A DNA stretch of 64,000 bases, from positions 1,472,001-1,536,000 of the forward strand of contig CAWAHW010000002.1 of NCBI GenBank assembly GCA_963781885.1, read 5' to 3'. The DNA comes from an uncultured Spirochaetota bacterium (lineage in GTDB: Bacteria; Spirochaetota; Spirochaetia; SZUA-6; Fen-1364). Both the position numbers and the translations under genes were made by a program. This document shows, piece after piece, positions 19,837 through 30,117 of the stretch. The notes under the pieces were generated by a model. The model was not told the origin of the DNA and searched no databases. It saw only the letters and a program-made list of their open reading frames with translations. Every line of letters starts with the position of its first letter. Position 1 is the first letter of the stretch.

Positions 19837-22800
19837 ATGTACGCGCGCTTTCATGTTCTTCTGCTTTTCCTTGTCGCCGCCGGTGTGAGCGCTCAGACGC
19901 CCGCGACGCTTCGCCTTTTCAATGCCGTTGACGGAGGCACGCTCGCCGAAGTACAGGCCGCGATCCTCCAGGGCGCCGACGTCAATGCACATCGCGCGGG
20001 CGATGGATTGAGCTCTTTGTTCATTGCCGCCGGCAGCACCGACGATCCCCTCATCATCACGGCGCTCCTGAAGGCAAAGGCAAATGTCGCCGAGCGACTG
20101 TTTCCTTCACGGTCCTACTCCCCTGATGTTCGCCGCGGGCGGCAACCCGCATGCACGCATCATCTCGACGCTCCTCGCCACAGGCCTCAAGCTGGAGGAC
20201 GCGGACGCGGATGGCTACACGCCGCTGTATCGCGCGGCCCGCTTCAATGCCGCGTTGGAGGTGACGAAGGCACTCCTTGCCGCGGGCGCCCGGGTTGAAG
20301 GATCAGCAAAGGCTCCTGAGACCCCCCTGATGGGCGCCCTCTTGAACAACAACCCCGACGTCGCCGCCACGCTGCTGGCCGCCGGCGCGCACTTCGACCC
20401 CCGGCAGGTATCAGGAGGCACGGTGCTTCTCGGTGTCTTGCGCACGGCAGTGCGTCCTTCCGTGCTCAAAGCCCTGATCGTCGCGGGGGCGGACGCGAAA
20501 GCCATCGACGATGATGGCTCCACGACCCTGATGATTGCTGCCGCCTCCGGCTCCGGGCCGGAGGCGATCCGCATTCTTGTCGGCGCAGGCGCTGCGGCGA
20601 ACGCGACGAATGCCGACGGAGTGACCGCGTTGATGCTTTGCGGGATTTCCTACCAGGCATCAGACGAAACGGTCCAGGCCCTCGTTGCCGCCGGGGCAGA
20701 CGTGAACGCAGTCACCCCGGATGGGCTCACGCCCCTCATGTTCGCGCTGGAAGACTCTGCCAGGATCGACCTCGTCCAGGCCCTTCTCGCCGCGGGCGCG
20801 AGGCCGGGCGATGCAGACAAGGACGGCATGACCGCCCTGATGCGTGCTGCCCGTGACAACGCCACCGACGCGATCGACGCCCTGCTGCACGCGGGGGCGG
20901 ACAAGGAGGCGCGGGACAAGGACGGCGACACGGCGCTTCTTTGGTCCCTCCGGGAAAGACCCTCCCTGGAAGCGGCAAGGGCCCTTCTGCAGGGAGGTGC
21001 CCGGGCCGACGTGTCCGCAAATGACGGACGGACCGTCCTCATGGAGGCTGTCCGATTCGACATGCCGGACGATGACATTCTCTCCACGCTGCTCGCCGCC
21101 GGTGCGGCTATTGAGGCGCGCGACAATAACGGCGAAACCGCGCTCATGGAAGCCGCACGAACGTATTCCGTGTCGGCGATTGCGCGCCTCCTTGCAGCCG
21201 GTGCCAAAGTGGCGGACCAGGACGTCAACGGCCGTACTGCCCTGCACTTCCTCGCCGCGGCAGAGACCGAGGCGCTGGACCGAGGCAATTCCGGTGATGC
21301 GCAGGAAGGCTACGACGCGCTGCTCCAGGCGGGCGCGGACCCTCAGCTCAAAGATCGTGAAGGCAAGACAGCGCTCGACCTTGCGCCCCCGGGAGGAGCT
21401 CTTTCCCAGTTGCTTGAGGCCCGCAGTCAGAAAATCCTCGATGCGTTCAAGGACCAGATTCTCTATGGGACCGCCGAAAGCGTGGATCAAGCGCTTCGTG
21501 ACGGAGCCAGCGCCACGAAGCTGCTCGACAACGGCCAGTCTCCACTAGGCTTTTCTGCGGAATCGGCGTCCGACCCCGGAGTCCTTGCTGTTCTTGTTGC
21601 ACACGGTGCGGACCCGAACGGCGAGGACGCGCAGGGGAACACGCCCTTGTTCCTCGCGTTTCACAGCCGTCATCGGCTGGAGATGTTGCGCGCCCTGATC
21701 GGTCTCGGCGCCGACGTCAACAGGAAAAACAAGGCAGGGGACACGGTCATCTCCTATTCGCTGGGTCAGGGCCCTGTCGAGGAGCTTCGGCTCCTTCTCT
21801 CGGCGCACTTGGACATCGATCTGCCCGACCACGATGGGGTAACCCCGCTGATGCAGGCATTCCGCTGGGGTCGAAAATCGGACATCATCCAGGTCCTGCT
21901 CGATGCCCACCCGTCGATCGATGCGCGCGATCACTACGGGAGAACGGCGCTCATGGCCGCCGTTTCCGCTCACAACCTGTTCGGCGTCCGGAACCTGCTT
22001 GACGCCGGCGCACGGGCAGAGGACCTCGACTCATCCGGGTGGAGCCCGCTCATGATGCTCGGACAGGTCGAAGGGCAGGACGTGCTGGATATCATCGCGC
22101 TGCTTCTCTCCCACGGCGCGCGGGCAGGCGATCGTGATCCCACGGGCCGTACGGCTCTCCATCACTGGATGGACAGGGATCCTCCGACGACCGCGGCAGT
22201 AGCCTTGCTGCTTGCCGGCGGCATCGACGTCGAGGCGCGCGACCCCGACGGCATGACGCCGCTCATGCTGGCATGCCATCTCTCGAGCGCCGATCTCGTC
22301 CGGCAGCTCATCGCCGCGGGCGCGCGGGTGACGGACCGCAACAACGCGGGCGACGCGCCTCTGTTCATCGCGCTCACGGGGCAGTGGGACGCCGCGGATG
22401 TTATTGGAGCCCTGCTCGACGGAGGCGCATCGCCCAATGACAGGGACAAGGACAGGGTGTCGGCCATATTCGCGGCCATCAAAGCGAGGTCGCGCAGCGC
22501 GGTAAAGGTTCTCGTTTACCGCGGCGCCGACCTCCGCGCCCGCGATTCCCAGGGCGCGACGCCCTTGATCGCGGCAATGGATTGGATGCTCGATACCGGG
22601 GTCGTGAGCGTCCTGCTTGCCGCAGGCGCCGACATCAACGCGCAGGACGCGCAAGGCTGCACGGCCCTCATGCGCGCAGGAGAACGCGCCCCGGGGAGTG
22701 ACGAGGCATCGAATGTCGCCTCGTTCCTTTTCAAGGCCGGCGCCGATCCGCGGATTCGTGACGTTGAGGGACGGACCGTCCTGCACCTGGCCGCCTCCTC

Positions 22801-24760
22801 CCGCGACGACCGTGAGGACCCGGCCGTGCTTCTTGCGATGATCGCGGCGGGCCTCGGTGTCAACGACCGTGACGCGCACGGCATGACCCCTCTCATGTAC
22901 GCCGCGGGCGCGACGCAGCGGCCCGGTGTCATTTCGGCGCTACTGGGGGCAGGAGCGAACGCGGCACTGCAAAGCAACGACGGCCGCAGCGCATTCGCCT
23001 ACGCCAGTGGCAATATCCGTCTCAAGAGCGCCTCACCGTCCGAGTATGAAAAGCTGGACAAGGGCCGAAAGTCTGCCGTAAAACCAGTGATCACGGCCTC
23101 TGCATCGACGCCATACCCCGGCTCGTTCTTTCTTGGATCGGCATACGATCAGGACCAGGACACGACCAGGGTGGCGGCTGCGAGCTCGGTGCTTCGCATC
23201 GAACGCGGAGACATGATCCTGGCAGGCGCCGCCTATTGGTCGGGCCACCAGGGGGACGCCCACACCGATCCGAAGGATGCGCAATACATCGCGCGTGTCG
23301 ACGCCCATGGAAAGATTGTGTGGCAGAGGGAAATCGGCGCGGAAGTGGAAGAGGCGGTATTCCCTTCCGTTGTCGGCGGGCTCAACGGCACATTCTACCA
23401 TCTTGGACGCCGCGAAAAAAGGAGCACGACATTCGACGGCAGGGACACTTATAGCATTATGGTCTCCCGGTGGAGTGAGAACGGGACGTCGCTTTGGACG
23501 AAAAACCTCACGCAGGAAGGAATGTTTCAGTATCCCATCAGTGCGGCGGCTCCAACGCGGTCGGGCGATCTGCTCATCGCCTCTCCCCGCAGCCGCAATG
23601 GGTCTGTTTCGCTCACAGTATGGCGCATCACACCCGATGGGACCATCGCGTGGCAGCGGGACTTCCAGGGCGTGGCCCGCGGCAGCTTTGACGTCGATCG
23701 CATCCTGGAGCTTGCCGACGGGTCCATCCTGCTCGCCGGTTCTACGTCGCGAGACGGCGGAGCACGCGGCGCGTTCCTTGCCTGTCTCGATGCGGGAGGC
23801 GCACTGAAATGGTCGCGCGGATTCACCTGCGCGTCCGACACGCTTCGCGACAACCCTCACTGGAGCGTGATGGGATTGCGAGAGGTTGACGGATCAATCC
23901 TTGCTATCATGACCAAAGACAGCACCCTGCTTCTTGCCCGCTACGCGCCGGACGGCACGCTGCTTCGAGTGGCGGCATGGGACGCCGGCAAGTCGAGCCT
24001 CGGGCGCGTCGAAGTGCAGGGTACGCCCGGGGGAGGATTGATGGCCATTGTCGCCACAAGCAGGTCTTTTTACAAATGGAAGGAATCGCTCGCGCACCTG
24101 AGCTTCGACCGCGACTTGCGCCTCACGGCAACGGCCGGTTTCGAATGCGCCTTCGGGCTTTCTCCGGTGAGCATCGCGATTGATGGCAGCCAGGAAAATG
24201 TCGTTGCGAACGTGTTCGCGAGGTGCTACACGGACAATCCGGGCTCTTGTCCCTTTGGAGTCGTCATCTTCACTCTCCCGCCGGAACATTCGCCTGTCGC
24301 TCCCGTGACATTTACGCCTTCTCCGGCAGAATGGCCAGTCTTTCAGGATGTCCTTCAGCCGGTGACGACGCCCGACATGCCGGCAGCCATTTTGCAGGCA
24401 GAAAATGACTCCTGGCCGAACGGGTCCCTTGTTTCCTACGCCACGGTGCCGTGGACTGCCGGCTTCAGCGGCCTCCAATGGCTTGTCAGTCACGGCCTGA
24501 CTGACGAGCGCAATCAGAATGCAACCCGGACGTACGTCACAATGGCAGAGTCGGAAGTGCCCGTCCGATCCGCTCCGCGCGCGGACGCCCCCGTGATTGC
24601 AAAGCTTTCCGGAGGGAAGAATACATCGGTGCCGCTGCAGAACATGGGAAGCATGAGCGACCACGTCGGTGACGTGGACGCGCCCTGGTACAGGGTTCCC
24701 GTGGGCCGTCTCGTCGGTTGGGTTTTCGGCGCGTATGTCACCGAGTGGGGAACTTATTGA
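19837..24760 (+). CDS. Large secreted ankyrin-repeat protein (~29 repeats) with a beta-propeller-like region and C-terminal SH3b-like domain; apparent frameshift at ~20097
   Basis: GGAGG + ATG 19837, signal peptide ...AGVSA-Q; repeated G.TPLM.A motifs; D..G...W.R blades; C-terminal VPVRSAPRADAPVIAKL...WYRV...GWVFGAYV. Confidence 0.85.
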
Positions 24761-24926
24761 GACTGGCGCACAAGAAGGCGTGACGTTCGGCCTGTACACG
24801 CCTTTCATTCTTGCAATCTTGATTTCCGGGCGGTGGGGCGCAATAGGAGTCGCCACTGCCCGCAGGAGATGAGGTCTCTCGGCAAAAAATAAAACTTGCT
24901 CCCGGCGGTCTCACATGACTACATTC

Positions 24927-24960
24927 CCTTGATATATAGACATATCTCTATATAACAAGG
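24927..24960. promoter_or_regulatory. AT-rich inverted repeat in the 5' leader of the lipoprotein gene (operator or RBS-occluding hairpin)
   Basis: CCTTG-A-TATATAGA catatc TCTATATA-A-CAAGG; the right arm overlaps the AGGAGG SD at 24958-63. Confidence 0.55.
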
Positions 24961-24969
24961 AGGGATTAT

Positions 24970-25335
24970 ATGAGACTGAATAAGAGAGCAAGGATCATCG
25001 CGATTCTTGTTGTCGCGTTCGTCCTCGTTTCCGCCTGCAGCGTCCTCTGGGATGTGTTTCCGCCGGATATCTCAGGCACATGGAACTTCACATTCACGTG
25101 GCCGAACAGCTCGCCGGGCAGCGCGACATGGGTGTTGGCGAGTGGCGGCACCTTCACGGACCCCAATGAAGGCGGCAACGGCACATGGGTGCTGAACTCG
25201 AACAAATTCACGCTCACCTACACCGTCAATGGAAATGCCATCTATTCCGGCACGCTGGCCGACTCGGCAACAACCATGTCAGGCACCATGACGTCCGGCG
25301 GCAGTACAGGTACGTGGACTGCATCCAAGCAATAG
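24970..25335 (+). CDS. Small beta-rich lipoprotein
   Basis: AGGAGG SD; lipobox LVSAC; ISGTW...GTW..., Thr/Gly/Ser-rich. Confidence 0.8.
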   Translation: MRLNKRARIIAILVVAFVLVSACSVLWDVFPPDISGTWNFTFTWPNSSPGSATWVLASGGTFTDPNEGGNGTWVLNSNKFTLTYTVNGNAIYSGTLADSATTMSGTMTSGGSTGTWTASKQ

Positions 25336-25372
25336 GCACCTGACCGTCCTTGAATTGTCTATTCGGCTGACG

Positions 25373-25400
25373 GAGAGGCCGCCTTTTTCGGCGGCCTCTC
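25373..25400. terminator. GC-rich hairpin downstream of the lipoprotein gene (possible terminator)
   Basis: GAGAGGCCGCC-tttttc-GGCGGCCTCTC, 11-bp perfect stem; no clear U-tract follows. Confidence 0.5.
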
Positions 25401-25541
25401 TGACCCGCGATGCATGTATCTTCGTATTGCGATGTCAGCCGCATGACGTTTTGCCTTGAATGCCGTCTTGATTTCTCATCCGCCTTGTAGGACATTGTAT
25501 CCAGAGAGTGGAGGCGCAAGGATGCGCCGGGAGGTGGGTAT

Positions 25542-25805
25542 ATGATCGACCCAATCCGATCCAGCGGTGTGCAGGTGACCAAGATCGCGACGCCGAGCGC
25601 CGCGCCGGTAAAGGCTCCGGACCAGTTCACAACGACGCCCGTGCGGGCGGACGTTCCGACGGGCGACACGGTTCAGCTTTCCTACGCGGCGCAGGCCCTC
25701 GCTCTGCGGCAGCAGGGATTGAGCATTCCCGAGATCGCGATGCAGCTCAAGCTTGACATCAAGACCGTGACCAGCTATTTCCCCGAATCGGCGCCGCCTG
25801 CCTGA
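25542..25805 (+). CDS. Small protein: low-complexity N-terminus, DTVQLS motif, C-terminal HTH (paralog 1)
   Basis: GGAGGT SD; ...DTVQLSYAAQALALRQQGLSIPEIAMQLKLDIKTV. Confidence 0.75.
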   Translation: MIDPIRSSGVQVTKIATPSAAPVKAPDQFTTTPVRADVPTGDTVQLSYAAQALALRQQGLSIPEIAMQLKLDIKTVTSYFPESAPPA

Positions 25806-25918
25806 ACGTCTCCTTTTCCTTCAGCGCCGCGCGCGCAGACTGGCGGAGGCCCTCTTCTTATTACGCCCGCTGCTTCCGATAATAAGCCAGGCGCGTGAAT
25901 GCGCCTGGAGGAACGCAA

Positions 25919-26182
25919 ATGGTCAATCCCATTTCTTCAAATAACGCCGCGATGAACAAGCCCGCCGATATCGCGCAGATCGATCCGAGCACGAAGCTTG
26001 GGGCCGCTCCGGCAAAAGCCGTCCTATCGAACGCGGACGTGGTCTCACTTTCCGACTCGGCCCAGGCCAAGCTGCTCAAGCAGGAGGGTCTGAGCGTTTC
26101 CGAGATCGCGTTGAAGCTCGGGCTCGACGTCAAAACCGTTTCAAGCTTTATTCCTTCGGTCGACATCAAGGAAACCTCTTGA
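25919..26182 (+). CDS. Small protein: low-complexity N-terminus, DVVSLS motif, C-terminal HTH (paralog 2)
   Basis: GGAGG SD; ...DVVSLSDSAQAKLLKQEGLSVSEIALKLGLDVKTV; clear paralog of the upstream gene. Confidence 0.75.
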   Translation: MVNPISSNNAAMNKPADIAQIDPSTKLGAAPAKAVLSNADVVSLSDSAQAKLLKQEGLSVSEIALKLGLDVKTVSSFIPSVDIKETS

Positions 26183-26243
26183 AGCGCTGAGCCGCGCCTC
26201 TGACGAATCGGCGCGCGTCTCCTGCGCGCCGACTCCTCCTCCG

Positions 26244-27092
26244 TCACCTTGCGATCGTTGGGTACAGGATCGATCCGACCGACACCAGCACCGCTGTGGC
26301 AAGAGCAAGGATCAAGAAATCTACCCCCACCCCGTAGGAGCTCACCCCTCCTGACAACATGAGCGTGCGCAAGGCGTCCACCTGGTAGGTGAGCGGATTG
26401 GCATGGGAAACGATCTGCAGCCAGCGCGGCATGATCGATATGGGATAGATCGCGTTGCTTGCAAAGAAAAGGGGCATCGTGAGGATCTGCCCGATTCCCA
26501 TGAAGCGCTCCCGGGTCTTTACCAGGCATGCGATCACCAGGGAAAACGTGGAGAAGAATGCCGCCCCCAGCATTACGGCCAGGATCACGCCCAGCAGGGC
26601 CAGGGGGTTCCAGTCCATGCTCACACCGAGGAGCAGGGCGAGGAGATAGACGATGATCCCCTGCGACAGGCCCCGCAGGCCGGCCGATATCGCCTTTCCC
26701 AGGACGAGCGCGGATCGCGGCGTCGGGCTCACGAGGAACTTGTGCAGGATGCCGAGGTCACGCTCCCAGATGATCGAGATGCCGTAGAAGATCGCGATGA
26801 AGAGCACGCTCTGGGAGAGGATTCCCGGCGCCATGAAATCGATGTAGCGCATCGTGCCGGTCGGTATCGCGCGGATGCGCGTGAACACCTGGCCGAATAT
26901 CAGGAGCCAGAGTGCAGGCTGCACGGCGCGCGTGAGGAGCTCCGTCGGGTCGTGAAGAAGCTTCCGCGCCTCCATGCCGGCGATTGTGAGCGTCCTGCCG
27001 AAATAGCGCCGCATGAAAATGAATGGGTTGTCCGGCCCCGGCAGTGCGTCAGCCGAGCCTTCGTACAGATCTGCGCGTCCGTCGCGTCTCAC
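26244..27092 (-). CDS. ABC-2 type exporter permease (DrrB-like); start uncertain
   Basis: QPALWLLIFG, Y.DF.APGIL, WERDLG.L.K.LVSP, P.FF.SNA.YP, NPLTY.VDALR. Confidence 0.9.
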   Translation of the reverse strand: MRRDGRADLYEGSADALPGPDNPFIFMRRYFGRTLTIAGMEARKLLHDPTELLTRAVQPALWLLIFGQVFTRIRAIPTGTMRYIDFMAPGILSQSVLFIAIFYGISIIWERDLGILHKFLVSPTPRSALVLGKAISAGLRGLSQGIIVYLLALLLGVSMDWNPLALLGVILAVMLGAAFFSTFSLVIACLVKTRERFMGIGQILTMPLFFASNAIYPISIMPRWLQIVSHANPLTYQVDALRTLMLSGGVSSYGVGVDFLILALATAVLVSVGSILYPTIAR

Positions 27093-27864
27093 GATAGGTT
27101 CCTCCCGATTCCAGCTCGCTTCCCGTGTAGTGAATAAAGACGTCATCAAGCGTCGCTCCGCGCCTGCCGATCGTCGATTTCAGCTTCCGCGGCGTGCCCA
27201 GGGCAACAAGATTGCCCTGGTGCATGATCGCCACCCTGTCGCACAGCGCATCGGCTTCCTCCATCTGGTGCGTCGTGAGAACGACGGTCGCGCCGGTCCG
27301 CTTCCGCAGCTCCTCGATATGCCCCCACACGGCGCGGCGCGCGGCAGGATCCAGGCCGACGGTCGGCTCATCCAGAAAAAGCACGCGCGGGCTGTGGATC
27401 ATGGACTGCGCGATCTCCAGCCTGCGGATCATGCCGCCCGAATACTGCCGTACGAGCTTGTCCGCGGCATCCCCGAGCCCCATGAAGGCGAGCGCTTCAT
27501 CGACGACGCGACGCTGCGCGCGCCGCGGCACGTCGTAGAGCCTCGCGAAGACGAGCAGATTTTCCCTGCCCGTCAACGTCCCGTCCGCGGAGAGCATCTG
27601 CGGGACGTACCCGATGATGCGCCGCACGGCGCCGGCATGGCGCACGATGTCCAGGCCGCCCACGCGCGCGCTCCCCGCGGTTGGTGGCAGGAGCGTCGTG
27701 AGCATCTTGATCGTCGTGCTCTTGCCGGCACCATTGGGCCCCAGCAGGGCAAACATTTCGCCCTGCTCGATCTCCAGGCTGAGGGCATTGACGGCAACGA
27801 GCGCGGAAAACCTGCGCGTCAGTCCATTCAATTCGAGTATTGGCACGGAAGCGGGTCCTCCCAC
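27049..27864 (-). CDS. ABC exporter ATP-binding protein (DrrA-like)
   Basis: GPNGAGKST, YSGGM, FLDEPT.GLDP, TTH.MEEA. Confidence 0.93.
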   Translation of the reverse strand: MGGPASVPILELNGLTRRFSALVAVNALSLEIEQGEMFALLGPNGAGKSTTIKMLTTLLPPTAGSARVGGLDIVRHAGAVRRIIGYVPQMLSADGTLTGRENLLVFARLYDVPRRAQRRVVDEALAFMGLGDAADKLVRQYSGGMIRRLEIAQSMIHSPRVLFLDEPTVGLDPAARRAVWGHIEELRKRTGATVVLTTHQMEEADALCDRVAIMHQGNLVALGTPRKLKSTIGRRGATLDDVFIHYTGSELESGGTYRETRRTRRSVRRLG

Positions 27865-27898
27865 CTGATTATGAGATACTCAAAATCCAGCAGACGCA

Positions 27899-28336
27899 TC
27901 AATCCCGCCAGGCATCCGGCAGCAGCGCCACGGCGCGCCGGAGGATGCTCGTGAGCGCGGCTGTCTCATCCTTGGTCAGGGAGCCGAGCATCACGCGCAG
28001 GGTGCGATTGCGGGACCGTCGGCTCCTGTCCAGCGCGGCCTTTCCGGCAGCGCTTGCCACGAGAGCGGCGGACCTCCCGTCCTCAGGGGACCGGGTGCGC
28101 GTGATCAGGCCGCGGTCGACGAGCTGATCGACGATCTTCGTGATGGCAGCCGGCGTGACGCGAAGCTGCGCCGCAAGCTCCCCCGCGCGCGCGGCCTGCT
28201 CAGAGGACCGCTTCAGCACCTGCATCTGCATGAGGCTCAAGCCGCTGAATCCCTTTTCCCGCACGGAGCTCCAGACCTGCCGCGCGAGCTGCAGGAGGAG
28301 CCTATCCAGCTCGTCCAGATCAGGATTCGAGGCCAT
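27899..28336 (-). CDS. MarR family transcriptional regulator
   Basis: GELAAQLRVTPAAITKIVDQLVDRGLITR...DGR wHTH. Confidence 0.9.
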   Translation of the reverse strand: MASNPDLDELDRLLLQLARQVWSSVREKGFSGLSLMQMQVLKRSSEQAARAGELAAQLRVTPAAITKIVDQLVDRGLITRTRSPEDGRSAALVASAAGKAALDRSRRSRNRTLRVMLGSLTKDETAALTSILRRAVALLPDAWRD

Positions 28337-29948
28337 CGGCGTTCTTCCGTGACGGTTCCTGGTAGAACTCGTCCCGCTTCAGCGCGATCTCTTTCAGCAG
28401 CAGCGCCGACACGAGCGTGAGCGCGGCGAAAATGAGGCCGAAAAGGAAAAGCCGCTGCACGCCCTGCGCGAGCGAGGCTCTCACGCCCTGGATGAACCGC
28501 CCGTAGAGCGTCTCACCGACGGTGCCATAGCGGGCGAACATCAGCTTCAGGGCATTCTGCGCCTTTGAATCGATCAGCGCCTGAGGGTTCGCCACCACGC
28601 TCTTCATGGAGTCCGGCATTTTGTCCATCGCCGCAACAAGCTGCGACGGCAGCTCCTTTTTCAGGGCGGTGTTGAACGTGTTCGACAGGATGGTGCCGAA
28701 TATGGGCGACGCGATGATGCCTCCCAGCGAGGTGACAAATTGCTGCGTCGAGTTGACGACGCCCATCTGCGAATAGGGAAAGGCGTTCTGGATCACCACG
28801 TTTGCCAGCGGCATGACGGCTCCCATGGCCAGTCCGACGACCATCATGTTGCGCACGACGATCCCCCACGTGGTGAGCACGTCCATTCGCTGGAGCAGGA
28901 AGACCCCGAGCAGCATGACGGCGGAGCCGATGATCGCCTGGAGCTTGTACCTGCCCAGCCGGCTCACGAGGATGCCGCCGATCGTGCTCCCGACGATGAA
29001 GCTCAGCATCATGGGGGTGAGCAAGGCTCCCGAGTTCGTCGCCGACAGCCCGACGACACCCTGGACGAAGATCGGCAGGAACATGAGCCCGGCGTACATC
29101 CCCACGGAGAGAAAGAAGCTCATCAGCACCGTCGTCGTGAAGATGCGGTTGCGAAACAGGTTCGGGTTGAGAATCGGCTCGGCGGCGCGCCGCTCGACGA
29201 AGACAAAGACGACGATCACCACGATCCCGGCCGCAAAGAGCGTGAGGATCTGCGGCGATCCCCATCCGTACTTGCTGCCGGCCCACGTGAAGCCCAGAAG
29301 CAGGGGGATGAGCCCCGCCATCAGGGTGGCGCTTCCGAACCAGTCGATGCGATGCTTCGTCGCCGTGCGCACGTTCGGCAGGGCGACCGCGACGGCGACA
29401 AAGGCCAGAAACGCCACGGGAAGGTTGATGTAGAATATCCATCGCCAACCCAGCGTGTCGGTGAGCCAGCCCCCAAGGTAGGGCCCGATGATCGCCGATA
29501 CCCCGAAAACCGCGTTCAGGAGCCCTATCCAGTTGCCGCGCTCCTTGGGATTGAAGATGTCTCCCACGGTGGCCCGGGGCATGCTCATCATGCCGCCGCC
29601 GCCGATTCCCTGGAGGGCGCGCGCCGCGATCAGCCATTCCATGGAGCGGGACAAGCCTGCGAGAGCCGAGCCTGCGATGAAGACCGCAAGCCCGAACAGG
29701 TAGAAGGGCTTGCGCCCATAGACGTCCGAGAGCTTACCGTAGAGAGGCACGGTGATCGCGGAGGTCATCATGTAGGCGGTGAAGACCCAGGCGTAACTTG
29801 CAAGACCGTTCAGCTCGCCGATGATGGTCGGCAGGGCGGTCGTGACGACGGTCTGGTCGAGGGAGGAAAAAAACATCGTGACCATGACGGCCGACAGGGC
29901 AAGCCATCGCCGTTGTCCCGTGATCTGGTTGGTTGCCTGGTAGATCAT
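28320..29948 (-). CDS. DHA2 (EmrB/QacA-type) MFS drug efflux transporter
   Basis: LDQTVV.TALP.I, GKLSD.YGRK, RALQGIGGG, GP.LGG..T...WRWIFYINLP; about 14 TM segments. Confidence 0.93.
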   Translation of the reverse strand: MIYQATNQITGQRRWLALSAVMVTMFFSSLDQTVVTTALPTIIGELNGLASYAWVFTAYMMTSAITVPLYGKLSDVYGRKPFYLFGLAVFIAGSALAGLSRSMEWLIAARALQGIGGGGMMSMPRATVGDIFNPKERGNWIGLLNAVFGVSAIIGPYLGGWLTDTLGWRWIFYINLPVAFLAFVAVAVALPNVRTATKHRIDWFGSATLMAGLIPLLLGFTWAGSKYGWGSPQILTLFAAGIVVIVVFVFVERRAAEPILNPNLFRNRIFTTTVLMSFFLSVGMYAGLMFLPIFVQGVVGLSATNSGALLTPMMLSFIVGSTIGGILVSRLGRYKLQAIIGSAVMLLGVFLLQRMDVLTTWGIVVRNMMVVGLAMGAVMPLANVVIQNAFPYSQMGVVNSTQQFVTSLGGIIASPIFGTILSNTFNTALKKELPSQLVAAMDKMPDSMKSVVANPQALIDSKAQNALKLMFARYGTVGETLYGRFIQGVRASLAQGVQRLFLFGLIFAALTLVSALLLKEIALKRDEFYQEPSRKNADGLES

Positions 29949-29971
29949 GCGTGAATGCTCCTCAGGGAATT

Positions 29972-29990
29972 TGCTTAACCTGGTAAAGTA
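29972..29990. promoter_or_regulatory. Candidate MarR operator upstream of the MFS-marR-ABC operon
   Basis: Imperfect palindrome TGCTTAACC-T-GGTAAAGTA (7/9) ~25 bp upstream of the MFS start. Confidence 0.45.
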
Positions 29991-30117
29991 TATGCCGAAA
30001 ACGGCGTCGTGTCACCCCCCACGGTACAAGACCCTTTTTGCGCACTTCCCTGTTTCCGAATACCACGGCGTGTTTGTATCTTCTCACCCGCACAGTCGAT
30101 GTGAACCCGGGAGGGAA

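Noticed and set aside
19600-19840. tmRNA 3' end as the attachment site of an integrated island
   Set aside because: No integrase nearby, and I found no duplicate of the tmRNA 3' end in the window. A missing encoded CCA is not evidence on its own.
25856-25882. Sigma28 promoter upstream of the second DxVxLS-HTH gene
   Set aside because: TCCGATAA resembles the GCCGATAA -10, but there is no TAAA -35 at the right spacing and no similar site before the first paralog.
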